NCBI GenBank assembly: GCA_010909165.1
Contig: MU008158.1
Span: forward strand, 1,513,478 to 1,577,477
Source: Anthoceros angustus
Lineage: Eukaryota > Plantae > Anthocerotophyta
DNA length: 64,000 bases
Direction of reading: 5' to 3'
Shown here: one piece after another, positions 36,989 to 48,800 of the stretch
How positions within the stretch are numbered: the first letter of the stretch is position 1
Layout of the letters: the number at the start of each line of letters is the position of its first letter
Translations under genes and position numbers: made by a program
Notes under the pieces: generated by a model
Database searches by the model: none
What the model saw: the letters and a program-made list of their open reading frames with translations, nothing else
Told to the model about the DNA's origin: nothing

Positions 36989-38345
36989 TAGAGACCTTGT
37001 TTTGTGCTACGTCCGGATGAGGATGCTCATGTCACAGCCACACTGCATGGTGAGTGCTCACTCTAAGCGTGTATGTGGTTGTTGGGACGGGAGGCGAGAA
37101 ACTCTTGGGTACATCTTGACCGCCACAGGCGTTTACGATGGTTCCTTGAATAGGAGGCGCCTATCCTCCATAGTGGTCTTTGGAGGAGATGAGTGAGGCG
37201 GAGGCGAGCATGGAGGAGGAGCACAGTATGGTTGTCGGCGAGGAGGCGGGACAATGGACATAGAGGTCACCAGGCGCGCGCGTCCGGGGAAGCGCGAGGA
37301 AACTCGAGGCGGTGAGTGAGGTGGAGGTTGTGGGGAAAATCGCTCGGATCGGGCGGGCGAGGCGAGGGTCCCCATGGGCCGTAGGCGGCAATCAACAGAG
37401 TCGCGATAGCCTAGGACCGGGGTTTCCTTTTCGAGGCGAGGATAGGGAGTTCCATCAAGTAAATTGTTGCTTAGATTGGTAAGGCGCTCGTGGTAGGAGC
37501 TACAATTTTAGACACTAAAGAAGAGTGTGTTGGACCACGGCGGATGTATAAGAGACCCTTTGGGTGTCTCTCAAAGGCAGACGATTTCGGTGTGAACTTC
37601 CGTGTATCGAACCGTGTGGGGTTGATTGGAGCGTCGTCGGCATCAAGCGTTGTTGCGTCTTCTACAAGAAGGCGGGAAGATCTCTGGATGGTCGAGGCGG
37701 AGTGGCCAAGCTCACGCTGGGGTGGCGGAGTGGCCGTGGCCGGAAAAAGAGGTAGGATTGGTGGTGGGGGCGAATCCTTGGCCGGGGTTTTCTTCACGAT
37801 CCTCTTTTCCAGCTTCTGCCACCGGTGTGTTCATTCCATGAGAGAGGGTAGTGTGGCCCAAGGAGGGGGGTCATGTGGCCCGAGGGGGGTCATGTGGCCC
37901 GTGAGGCGAGGAGAGTTCATTAGGAAGGGAGGTTCCCAGGGAGTAGATGAGTCTTGTTGGGAGGGATTGTGAGGTGTGTGAGGGAAAATCGGAAGCGTGG
38001 AGGAGTGGGCGTGTGGTGGAATGAAATTCCGAGTAAGTGAGGCGTATATAGGTGTCCGTATGCCCATAGCCCCTAGGTTAGTGTCGAGGCCGGGTGGACT
38101 CCATGACGGTGCGTGGTGGGACCCCGCCACGGTGGCGACCCGCTGCGGTGGAGTCTACTGCAGTGGTGGGTTTGGGCGGGGAGTAGGCTGGAGAAGGTGG
38201 GGTAGTGGCGGCGGATGGGTCTAGAATCCATAGATTTAGCACACCTTGACACAACACCATTCCTTGGGATCGAATCCTAGGACTATAACGACATAGAGGG
38301 TAAATGTGGCCTCTTTGCGTCTTCGGATGCAAAATCCATTCCACA

Positions 38346-38361
38346 TTTTGGCGCTGCCGGG
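38346..38361 (+). promoter_or_regulatory. Primer-binding site of the + LTR element
   Basis: TTTTGGCGCTGCCGGG directly after the LTR-terminal CA; resembles the Athila-type TGGCGCCGTTGCCGGG PBS. Confidence 0.75.
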
Positions 38362-38399
38362 AATGAAATCACAAGGTTATAGGGGACTAACCATAGCTT

Positions 38400-41300
38400 A
38401 GGTGTCTAGTTTTGGAGTGTATCTAGTTAGGTAGATGGATGCCACGGGTTGAGTCGGAGGGTTGAGTCAAGTCGGGACGGAAGGCCACAAGAGAAGCGAC
38501 AACGCCAAGCACCGAGAGAGGTTGAAAAGGGTTGCAAAACCAAGCGAGTTGAGGAGGATCCAAATGAAGACGCACCTGGGGAGAAGAAGAAGGAAGTAAG
38601 GAATCAACCAGGACGGGGTCCGATCTTGTTGGAGCAAGATCCCCAACCTTCGACTTGACGAGGTACCACCGCCAAGGAACCGGACCAATTCCATCCACCG
38701 ACTCTTCCAAAAGTGTGCGGATCGCTGGAGATCAATCGACTCTGCGGAACCGTTGTTGACCAACCACGCCGAATCAGAACGATAGTCATGACCACCACCA
38801 CGGTGGTGGTCACCACCAAGCAACCTTATCAGATGGAGAGGGAAGGGTATGAAGACCTGAAATTTGTTGAGCGTTTTGAGTGACATTTGCAAAACCAGAA
38901 GCGGAGATGCAGATTCAAATTGCTCTATGGAGTTCTTCGGGGGTCCAGTAAGGAAGGAATACCTCAAATCAGCCCACACCTCAGAACCTATGAAGAGTTA
39001 AAACCGCCTGTGGAGAGGTCTTTGACGTGGAGGGATACGTGTTGTCAAGCTTGAAAGCTGCAGAGGGAAGAAGGAAACCTTGCGCGTATGTGGAGAGGTT
39101 TCACCACGCGATCGTGGCCCTCACTCGGAGTTGCAGACACGTGGTTCGCTAAAGGCCCGGGTTCTAAGATGGGGAGACACGTAAGGTTACAAGCGGAGAA
39201 GAATTTGGGCAAGGCTATCAAGGCGGCGCTAAACTATGAGGAATCCAACCCGCAAGGGAGGAGGAAGGCTAAGAAGGAGAAGAAGAAGTCGGGACGGAAA
39301 AAGAAGGATCCTCATCCTCCTAAGAAAGTTCATCGTGAAGAGAGCTCCACAGAAGATTCCATGTAAAGTTCCTCGGAGGAGGAAACGAGTGATTCGAGGA
39401 AGCGCCATCGACGAGGAGCGCCAAATGGAAAAAGAAAATGAAGGGTCGTGCACGGACAACAAGGAGTCGGCAAGGGCAAAGCAAGAGCGTATGCTGTCGA
39501 AAAGGACGCGAACAAGCGAGGAGGGAGAACAGGTGAGCCAAGAAAGTAGAACAATGTGGAAACAAGATGGAGGAGATGATGGCAAAATTGAGAAATTCCA
39601 TCTTAATGCGGTCAAGGAACATGAGAGGCGAGAGCATCACGAATCCACGAGCCAACCTCTCTTCTCGCTCAACGTGGGCAAGAGGACACTCCAAAGCTAA
39701 TTGTCCGACGACAAGGGTACACTGGGATATGAGGAAGAGGAGGAAGAGGGTCCTGGAAGAAGATACATATCGATCCAGGAGGTTCAACAACCCAAGTGTA
39801 CCCAAAAAGCATGTACCCACCAACCCACGTAACTACTTCGGTAGGCGTCAGAATCCACCGGCGGGTAACAATCCAATGGGCACCATCTTACAACCGCCAT
39901 TAACCTTGACACTATGCATGACCGTTCCCTTATCCAACTCTGGCAATGGAGATTTTGATAAGTGTCAAGATTGGAAGCAGGCATGAAGTGTGCCCCGCCA
40001 AAGCCCGAAAGACAGGAGATCGCGCGACCACCCGAACGGAGTTCACCAAGACCAAACCTAAGTGGTCCGGGTGGAGGATGCACTTATGGCGGTGAGTGGA
40101 GGATGCTGATTGGAACCCGAGAGCTTGAGGGGTTAGACATCAGAGGAAGCGATTATTATGGGAAGCCGGTCCATGAACAAGGAACACAAAAGCAAAAGAG
40201 GAGGCGAAAGAAAGAAGAAAGGAGGCGGATTTAACCCAATGGATCGGATGAGGAGAGAGGTCCACCATGGCAAATACCAACACCGTGAACGCTTGGCCAA
40301 GGACAAAAAACAAGTCCCGCAGTGACTTGGCGGATGGACCATATGTAGCAAGTGATGCAAAGGAGACATTGAGTGTCTCAACGGAAAGGCGAATGAAGGG
40401 GCTGGAGCCGCGAGGGGTGGAACCCCACCGATTTCAGAGAAAGTTAATGAACGAGTTAGGGTTTCCAGACGCACGGGAGAAGTCATGATATGATACAAGA
40501 AGAAGGAAGGAGGCTACGGGGAAAGGCGGGTGTCGATTTCCACCACCTGTGGAGTCCACCACCCCACCCGAAGGCCACCGTACCCCAAGTCGTGACGAAC
40601 CGGGAACCCCACAACCAACCAACCTGGATGGCAGAAGGTCATGGGCCACCGCTTTTCAATCTCGCCGAGGCCATCATGCAACCAATATTTCATGATGTAT
40701 CACATAACCTCCGGTGACAATCCGATAGCAATGATCGAGTGTTAAAAGAGGCGTCCCAAAAGAGGCTAATGTTCCTATAAATTTCGCCACAGTGAACTTG
40801 GTATCCATGGTGGATCAAGGCCCACCACTGTGGAAATTTCGGATGTGTCATTAAAGGAGTGCCTCTCTCGGCTTCTGTAAATATTACGACAAGACACGGC
40901 TAGAAATTGTTGGATATTGAACATACTAAGGTTTTGTGGCTAATGACATGTCCGTAATGGTGCCGGGGGAACCTACTAGGGGTGTTAACGCATCATTGGA
41001 ACCATCCCTACTTGATGGATTATGTAGTCATCCAAAAAATCGCTGTGGTACGACGTCTAATTGGCGAACATGGATGTACGTGATCGCAATGCACGCCTCA
41101 AGTCGAAGGAAGTCGGTTTTAAACCGCTGGAATGGGATCCCAAGACCAAGGAAGGAAGGATGTGCCTATCGTGGAGTAAGACATGTATGCAGAAACTCCA
41201 ACTGAAAGGGGTACACTCGCAGAGGACACGTCCCGGGAGATGGGAGAGGAAGATAGGTTCCGCGCACACATCTCATGGGTCTGGATGAGCGGGACTACCT

Positions 41301-42342
41301 GGGAGAGATATCCCATATACAACCCAAGAGGTCACATGGTAACCGCCGAGTGCTCAAGCGGAAGAGGTCAAGGTGGATTCTAAGCGTGGAGAAAGCTGGA
41401 GGAGGCGCTACGCAGCCTACGCCAAGATTTGTTTAGGAATGGGGCATGAGAGAAGAGGAACATGAGCCAGAAGGATTCGGGGTTAGCACCGCATGCGAGC
41501 GAGTGGCAGAAATGATGAAGTCAAGGACGTTGAGGTTCTTCCGTGGAAGGTGCTCAAATTTCCGTAACAATGGATGCGGCGTTGGAGGAAGGCATGAAGT
41601 AGTCGCCATGCATCCATCGATGTTTTCGCCTTCGAGGTGACATGAAGGATTCCCCAAAGAGTGGGCAGCATAGGATTGACTCGAACCGTGAGCAATCCCA
41701 AGGATTCCACAGCAAGTTAACCAAGTACTCCCTCAAGGTAAAGGATCGCTTGGAGATGTACCTCAAGGCGGATGTGATCTATCCTATAGTCAATACCGAA
41801 TGGGTGGCTCCCATAGTGGTAGTACCTAAGAGGCGCCTGTGCAAAATCCGAGTTTGTCAGACCGAGAAGGTTGAATAAAGTCACCAAGAAGGATCACCTG
41901 CTAATTACCCATAATATCCGGATCCGTCGCAGTGCACGGCGTATTCATTCCCAGACTCGTACTCCGGGTATAATCAGCCTTAGGGAGAGCGATTGGCCTC
42001 GACCGCTTTTACAATGCACTAGGGGACATATGCTTACAAGCGAAATGACGGCTTTGAGGAGCACGGGTCCTTCGCGAGCCATCACAAATTTTCAAGGACT
42101 TCCTCCGATTTTATGGAAGTCAGGATTTACTTCAGATGGGCAGCTAAGGACCATCCGGCCGCACTTAAGTGCCTGACTGTACAGCCACGCACTATGCACG
42201 CAAGTGCTACTAAGATGTCAAGGAATTGCTTGGGGCATCCAATTTCAAGTAGGTATAGAAGTAGATCCGGACAAGGTAAAGGTCACACCCTTAGAGCACC
42301 AACGCTAAAGGAACTCCGGGTTCCCCTGGAATGGTCGGGTAT
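38400..42342 (+). pseudogene. gag-pol: gag-pol (gag, zinc knuckle, protease, RT) of the + element
   Basis: KLEKLQREEGNLA-YVERF (gag), GHSKANCP (knuckle), ADVIYPIVNTEWVAPIVVVPK..KIRVC..NKVTKKDH (RT); ends LRGFLGMVGY at the insertion point. Confidence 0.9.
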
Positions 42343-45300
42343 TGGAATGGTTTTGCATCCGAAGGCATGTGAGGCCACATTTTACCCTCTATGTCGTTAT
42401 AGTCCTAGGATTCGATCCCAAGGGAATGGTGTTGTGTCAAGGTGTGCTAAATCTATGGATTCTAGACCGCCCCGCCGCTCGCTACCCCACCTTCTCCGCT
42501 ACCCAAACCCACCACCGTGTAGACTCGGCCACCGGGTGGCTTCGCCACCGGGCCCGCCTCATGGAGTCTATTCACCGACTTCTAACACGGACCTAGGGGC
42601 TATCGGACACCTATACGCCTCACCTTACGGAATTGCGATCCTACCACACGCTTCCACCCCCCACGCGTTCCGATTTTCCCTCACACGCCTCTCACAATCC
42701 CTCCCAACACACAACTCTCCGGAACCTTTCCCTTCCCAATGAACTCTCCTCGTCTCACGGGCCACACGACCCCTTTTCCCTTGGGCCACACAGACCTCCT
42801 TGGGCCACAGACCCCTCTCATGGAATGAACACACACAGTGGCAGTAGCGGTTGGAAAGAGGATCGGAAGAAACCCCGGTGCTTGGGCGATTCGCCTCGCC
42901 CTTCGACTCCTACCTCTTTCGGCGCCACCTTCCGCTACCCCCGGCGTGGAGCTTGGCCACTCCGCTCTCGACCATCCGAGATCTTCCGGCCTTCTTGTGA
43001 CCAAGACGTGCCCGAACCCGTTTGATGCCGACGACGCTCCAATCAACCCCACTCGGCGGTTCGATCACGTTCACACAAATCGCGCCTTGAGAGACACCCA
43101 GGGTCTCTTATACATCCGCGTGGTCCAACATACTCACTTCTCTTAGTGTCTAAAATTGTAGCTCCTACCACGGCGCCTTACCAATCTAAGCAACATACTC
43201 TGATGGAACTCCCTATCCTCTCTAAAAAGGAAACCCGGTCCTAGGCTATCGCGACTCCTAAAATCAGCGCTGCCTCGCGATTCTGCCTCGCCCACGGCCC
43301 ATGGGGACCCCTCTCGCTCTTGGCCTCGCCTCGATCCGAGCGATTTTCCCCACAACCTCCACCTCGCCTCACCGCTGAATTTCCCTCGCGCCTTCCCGGA
43401 CGCGCCACTGTGACCTCTATGTCCATTGTCCCGCCTCCTCCTTTGGACAACCATACTGCAGTGCCTCCCTCCATGCTCGGCCTCCCGCTCATCTCTTCCA
43501 CCACTTGCGGAGGATAGGCGCCGCTCCTACTCGAAGGAACCAGTAAGCCTGTGGCGGTCAAGATGCCCGAGTTTACGCCTCCCGTCCCAACAACCACATA
43601 CACGTTTAGAGTGAGCACCGCTCACCATGCAGGGGACATGAGCATCCTCATCCGGACGCCGTAGCACAATACGCCCTTCCGATCGAGGTCCTTACCCTCT
43701 CCTCCGTGGACAATCCCGGCTGCTGATTCTCGGGGATCTGCCCTCCATCTGCGACACTCGCCGGTGACTTCCCCACCTCGGTTCCCGTTCCACGACGGTG
43801 GCTGGTTTAGCCACCGTGGTGGTGCTTCCACGGTGGTTGTTTGCCCTGCGGTGGTCATGCTCGGCCTTTCTTCTTGACTACCTCGACCGTCTCTTTCTTG
43901 TACCTCTCCGCCAGCTTCTTGAATTTCTCCAAGGCGCCATCGCTTCCGCTCTGGACTCGCGAGACCTCATCAAGCTCTTCAATTGTAGCATGCGCCTTGA
44001 CTGATTTACTAAAGCTTCTGAGTGGACATGTGCCTTAACTCCTGCCTTGCATAAGGCCGCCGCACTCCGTCTGCGCTCCTCGGCCGCCTTGCTCTCGCCT
44101 GGGCTCCAACTTCTCCTTGAGCAACTTCTCCTGGCCTTGCACACTCGGTGAGAGCCATGGCTTGATCGAGGAGATCCGCTGCGTGCCATGGCCAAGTCAA
44201 ACCACCGAAATCCCCAAATTGGGCTGTCCCTTGCCCATCCGCCTCCACAACAATTCGTGTCTGGTGTCTCCTATCCCCACCTCAGGACGGTTCGGTGAAA
44301 TGTCGCCAAAATGTCCGGAGCTCGGTCTCGGCCGTGAAGTTAACCCCTCCTCCTAGGGGTTGGTGCACTTGCCTCTTCCCCGCTTCATTCTCCCTAGCGG
44401 CGATTCATCCTGCACTGGAGGGAGCAACTTGCCATTTCCCTTTATTTTCCTCCTTTACCGCGTTCACAGTCGACTGGTGACCACAGGTGTGGCTGGGTTC
44501 CTCCTCGCTGCTGCCCTCCCTTCTTCGCCGATCCCTGACCGTGTCGCCCTTCGCTTCTTACCCTTGGAAACTTCCCACCCTCTTCCGAACCTTCGAGCGC
44601 ACTCCCAAGCTGGAATCCTTGCCCGAATCCTCCTTCAATTCCTCCTCTTCTACCTTGAGTTCCCCGACCGGCTTCCAACCATGCAGGCGGACGACTTCCA
44701 ACTCGTTAAACACCGGAATGCGCAAATACATGAATCGAAAAGGCGAAATCAAGGAGGGCCGAAGAAGAGAGTACGCCTTCTCCTCAGGCTCTTTCGAAAA
44801 TCATCCTCCCCAATCAATTTGTGTACCCTTGACCACCTCGTGAAGAAAAACCAAGAAGTGATCCGCCATATGATCCGCCCGGCTCAGAGGAAGCACAAAA
44901 TCCATTTGGCCAATCCCACCACGCAGACACGAGTTGGCGAGTCACCCGACCATTGTTCACCTCACTTCCCAGGCTTCATGAGCTGCGGCTTTCAAGGTCT
45001 TCTTCACTGGGGTCAATCACCAAGCTCCCATCCTCCGATGCTTCGCCCATACACTCGAAAGAGGGCCAAATCCGATTCTGCGGCCTTTTCCTCGCGTCAC
45101 CCTCTTGCGACTTGGTCCTTAATTGCGCACTTGCACCAATGCGGTCGTCGTAGCACCATTTCTTCTCCATGAACTTGACCCGGCTCTGACCAGCCGCTCT
45201 CACTTTCCAGTGGTCCATGTTGGGCCCGTGCGTGGGATTTCGGCACTGGGCGCCATCTCCTTCTCTCGTTGTCTCCCAAAACAAAACCTCGACTACCTGC

Positions 45301-45842
45301 ATCTCGGTCAAGAGAGAAAAAAATCGAGCCGCCTCGCGCTCCTTCCACGCCTCGCGAACTTGCGGCCCGATTTCTCTCCGCCCCGCTCCGCTGCCGCCGC
45401 CTTTTCCTCCTGCATGAGGTGATTTGGCTGGCGTGGTACGTGCCGCCTCTTGCCGCTCTCCCCCTCACGGAAAGTCGCGACCTGTGGGGTGTGCCCTTCT
45501 CCCGAGCTCCCGGTAGTCCCGCTCCGCCACTAGGGTTGTAAATTCAGTGCAGACGTCCGTTTCTGCCACCGGTGGTGGAACTACCACCCCACTTGACTAC
45601 ACAACTGCGTGGCATATTGTGAGCATCCCTAGCATATATAGACACCTTTTATTCTAAAATTCCCAATACCCAAGGACTCTATTTCTACCCCACCTCAAAC
45701 CTAAAAAATTATTATTATCTCCAAGGGGCCAAGGACCATTCCGTATAAAAGACCGACGATTCTCAAAGCACTGCTATTCTAACACACCCAAAACAAAAAA
45801 TCACACCGACACTTGAGAGCGGTTCACATGTGGTCTTCCACA
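42343..45842 (-). repeat. 3' LTR (about 3.5 kb) of the minus-strand element
   Basis: Begins (minus strand) TGTGGAAGACCACA right after the PPT and ends CCATTCC(ACA). Confidence 0.9.
43880..45480 (-). pseudogene. Extra ORF of unknown function inside the long LTR
   Basis: Stitched RVKFMEKKWCYDDRIG..GLAKWILC..QIDWG-MIFEEPVEEKANLLF-PSLISPFRFMYLRIPVFN..ELKVEEEELKED plus a charged, coiled-coil-like tail; same content at about 53100-54740. Confidence 0.55.
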
Positions 45843-45859
45843 TACTCCCTTCTCATTTG

Positions 45860-48800
45860 TTGGCGTCCTCGCCAACTTATTGGTAATATTTCTTGACCCG
45901 CCAACCGCGTTGGCGCAAGGTGAGCCACTAAATCTTGGAGTTGAATTGATCGTCGAAAACTTCGAAACTACGAAGGGCCCCATCCATCGAGATGTAATTT
46001 ACGGAAAGTGCATGTATCGGTTATCGTATAGTAAAGCGGATCCCGGGAACAACGTATTCTTGACGCTTCAATCTCTTGTCGCTCCTTCCTCCTCTGTCTT
46101 GGACATCCCGCATAACTTGGAGGGCTTGTTCTCCGTCCTCGTGTCGATTTGAAACCCACCAACCTTTCCAATCGACTTTCCTCCACCGGCATTCGACTTG
46201 GTTCTGTATTCTCGAGTGGGAACTTGAATTCTATATATGACGTAATGCCCGTAAGTAAGTTCTGCGTTGTCATTTTTCCATGGTCCGTGCACGTCTTGAA
46301 TGTTTCATATCCTACCATACGGTGATGTGAGTTTGGTTAGGATCTTGCACAACAAGCCATTTGCCTTTTACATTGGCTTTTGGGTTATAAGGCGTGGACT
46401 TCGTGACGTTGAAGTTGGTCATGTTGGAGATTACGATTGACGAAATGTGTTCCTCTCACATCGACAGCCCACCATATCGGTGATGATTTGCTCGAGCAGA
46501 ATCACGACGTGCGAATCTACCGGTCGTGCTTCTACCATCCGCGTGATGTCTGGCCACGGGATGTATTGGTTTTGGCGAGCCTTGGTTTTAATGGATAGGA
46601 CCGACAAAATCGATTCCCATTTCTCGAATGGTGCGCAAGTATGGGGACAAGGGGCCATTGGGTTGTTGCTGGCTTGCCGACCCTTTGGCAAGCGTCACAG
46701 CGCTTCACGAACTCCTTGGCATCCTTGTACATTGTAGGCCACCAATAGCCAGCCTCCAAAATTTTCCTGCATGTGACATGCGCGGCATAATGACCTCCCG
46801 CCTCTTCTTCGTGTAAAGAGCTCAGGACTCTGCTCACCTGCTTGATGCGTACCCATAACCGCTCCCTGCCGTCCGGACTGACTCGGTATAAATTCATATT
46901 GTGCCGTGTGAATGGTCTGGAGTAGTGGACGAACGCCTGAATCTGTGTCTTGGAAAGCTGTGGAGGAATTTGGCCTGTGCCAAGATAATCGTATATCTCC
47001 TGATATGTTGGTCTTGAAGCCACCCTCCCTTCTCAATCGCCGGCTCCTCCTTCCGAACCGGGCTTCACCGTTGGTTTGCAACTCCTGCAGTGTCTCATCG
47101 GGAAAGTCGTCTTCGGTCCTTTTCCACCTTCCTGTTTCAATCGAGATATGAAGTCGGCATTGATATGCTTCCTACCCTCTCGTTTCCAGAAGGTAAACTC
47201 AGGCAAGATCCAGGCGCGTCCCGAAAGGTCGAGTTTATTCACAAGGTGTTTCAAGGCAAAGTGGTCAACATGGAACACAAATTCATACGAGAGGTAGTGT
47301 AATTTCGACCGAGTAAACCATTCCCGCTCGCTCCGTGGTGGTATACTCGTCCGTTAGTTGTCTCCGATAGTAGATCGGAAAATCCTTCTTCTTCTCATCC
47401 AGCTAAGGACCCAATTGCAAATCTGAAACATCAGAAAACGTGGAACTTCTTACTCGATCCGGTCCTTTAGCGTGGAGCGTAGCTGTGGTGCGTAAGTCAA
47501 AATGCTTCCTCCTGCGGCCACTCCACTCCACTCGATCCTTCCTTAACAAGCTCGTTAGTGGGGCGCTTGGCGAAATTTGGAAGCGCCTATAATATCCGAC
47601 CATCCCGGGAACCCGCGGAGTTCCTTTAGCGTTGGTGCTCTAAGGGTGGCGATGACCTTTACCTTGTCCGGATCTACTTCTATACCTCGGCTTGAAAATT
47701 CGATGCCCCAAATCCCCTCGACATGCAAGTAGCACTTTTACGGATGCGGCATAATTGCGTTGCTCGGCTCCGGCACTTCCGGAGGTGCAGATGGTCCTTG
47801 ACCCGAATACGCAGGTCGTCGGGAAAACTTCCATAAAGTCGCGGAAGTCCTTGAAAATTTTGACGATGGCTCGCATGAAGGACCCAGTGCTCCGTCAAAC
47901 CCAAATGCGCGCTTGTAAGCATATGTCCCCCCAAAAGCGGTCGAGGCCAATCGCTCTCCCTAAGGTGCAATACCCAGTACCGTCTAGGAATGAATACGCC
48001 ATGCCGGATATCCGAGGATATTATCGATGAAGGGTAGAAAGTGATCCTTCTTGGTGACCTTATTCAACCTTCTTCCCGACAAACTCGGATGCACGCCTCT
48101 TAGGTACTACCACTATTGGAGCCACCCATTCGGTATTGACTATAGGATAGATCACGCCTTGAGGTACATCTCCAAGCGATCCTTTACCTTGAGGGAGTAC
48201 TTGGATTTAACTTGTGTGGAATCCTTATCGGAATTGCTCACGGTTCCAGTCAATCCTATGCCCCATTCTTTGGGGATCCCTTCATGTCATTAAGGCGAAA
48301 ACATCGATAAATTACGCAGCGGTTGCTTCATTCCTTCCTCCAACGCCGCATCCATTGTTACGGAGAATTTGAGCACCTTCCACGGAAGAACCTCAACGCC
48401 CCTTCACTGTACCACTCGGCTTCGGTGCGGTGCTAACCCGAATCCTTCTTACGGCTCCTTCCTCTTCTCTCATGCCCCATTCCCTAAACAAATCCTCCGA
48501 CGTGAACTGCGTGACGCCTCCTCCAGCTTTCTCCACTGCGAATCCGCCGGACCCCTTCCGTGGAGCATTCGGCGACCCGTAATGACCCAATTGTATATGG
48601 ATATCTGCGGTAGTCCGCCTCATCGGACCATGAGATGTGTGCGAACGGGAACCTATCTTCCTCTTGCATCTCCCCTGACGTGTCCTCTGCCGAGGTGTAC
48701 CCTTCTGTTTCAGTTGGAGTTTCACCTGCATACATGTCCTTACTCCACGATAGGCACATCCTTCCCTCCTTGGTCTTGGGATCCCATTCCAACGGTTTAA

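Larger units (their letters stand above)
23185..37001. mobile_element. Sola-superfamily DNA transposon (13.8 kb) with cargo genes
   Basis: Perfect 12-bp terminal inverted repeats AACAAGGTCTCT / AGAGACCTTGTT (about 35 bp imperfect); 4-bp TSD TTGT at 23181-23184 and 37002-37005; internal DDD transposase. Confidence 0.88.
22667..38345 (+). repeat. 5' LTR of the + element (about 1.86 kb net: 22667-23184 plus 37002-38345), split by the Sola insertion
   Basis: GAGGCGATTGT|...|TTGTGCTACGTCCGGATGAGG rejoins into the sequence seen uninterrupted (reverse complement) at about 43650-43690. Confidence 0.9.

Noticed and set aside
44360-45172. 270-aa plus-strand ORF (and similar long ORFs at 54052-54642, 60042-60692, 32466-33083, 24840-25394)
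   Set aside because: Low-complexity antisense shadows of GC-rich coding regions on the other strand; no domain motifs.
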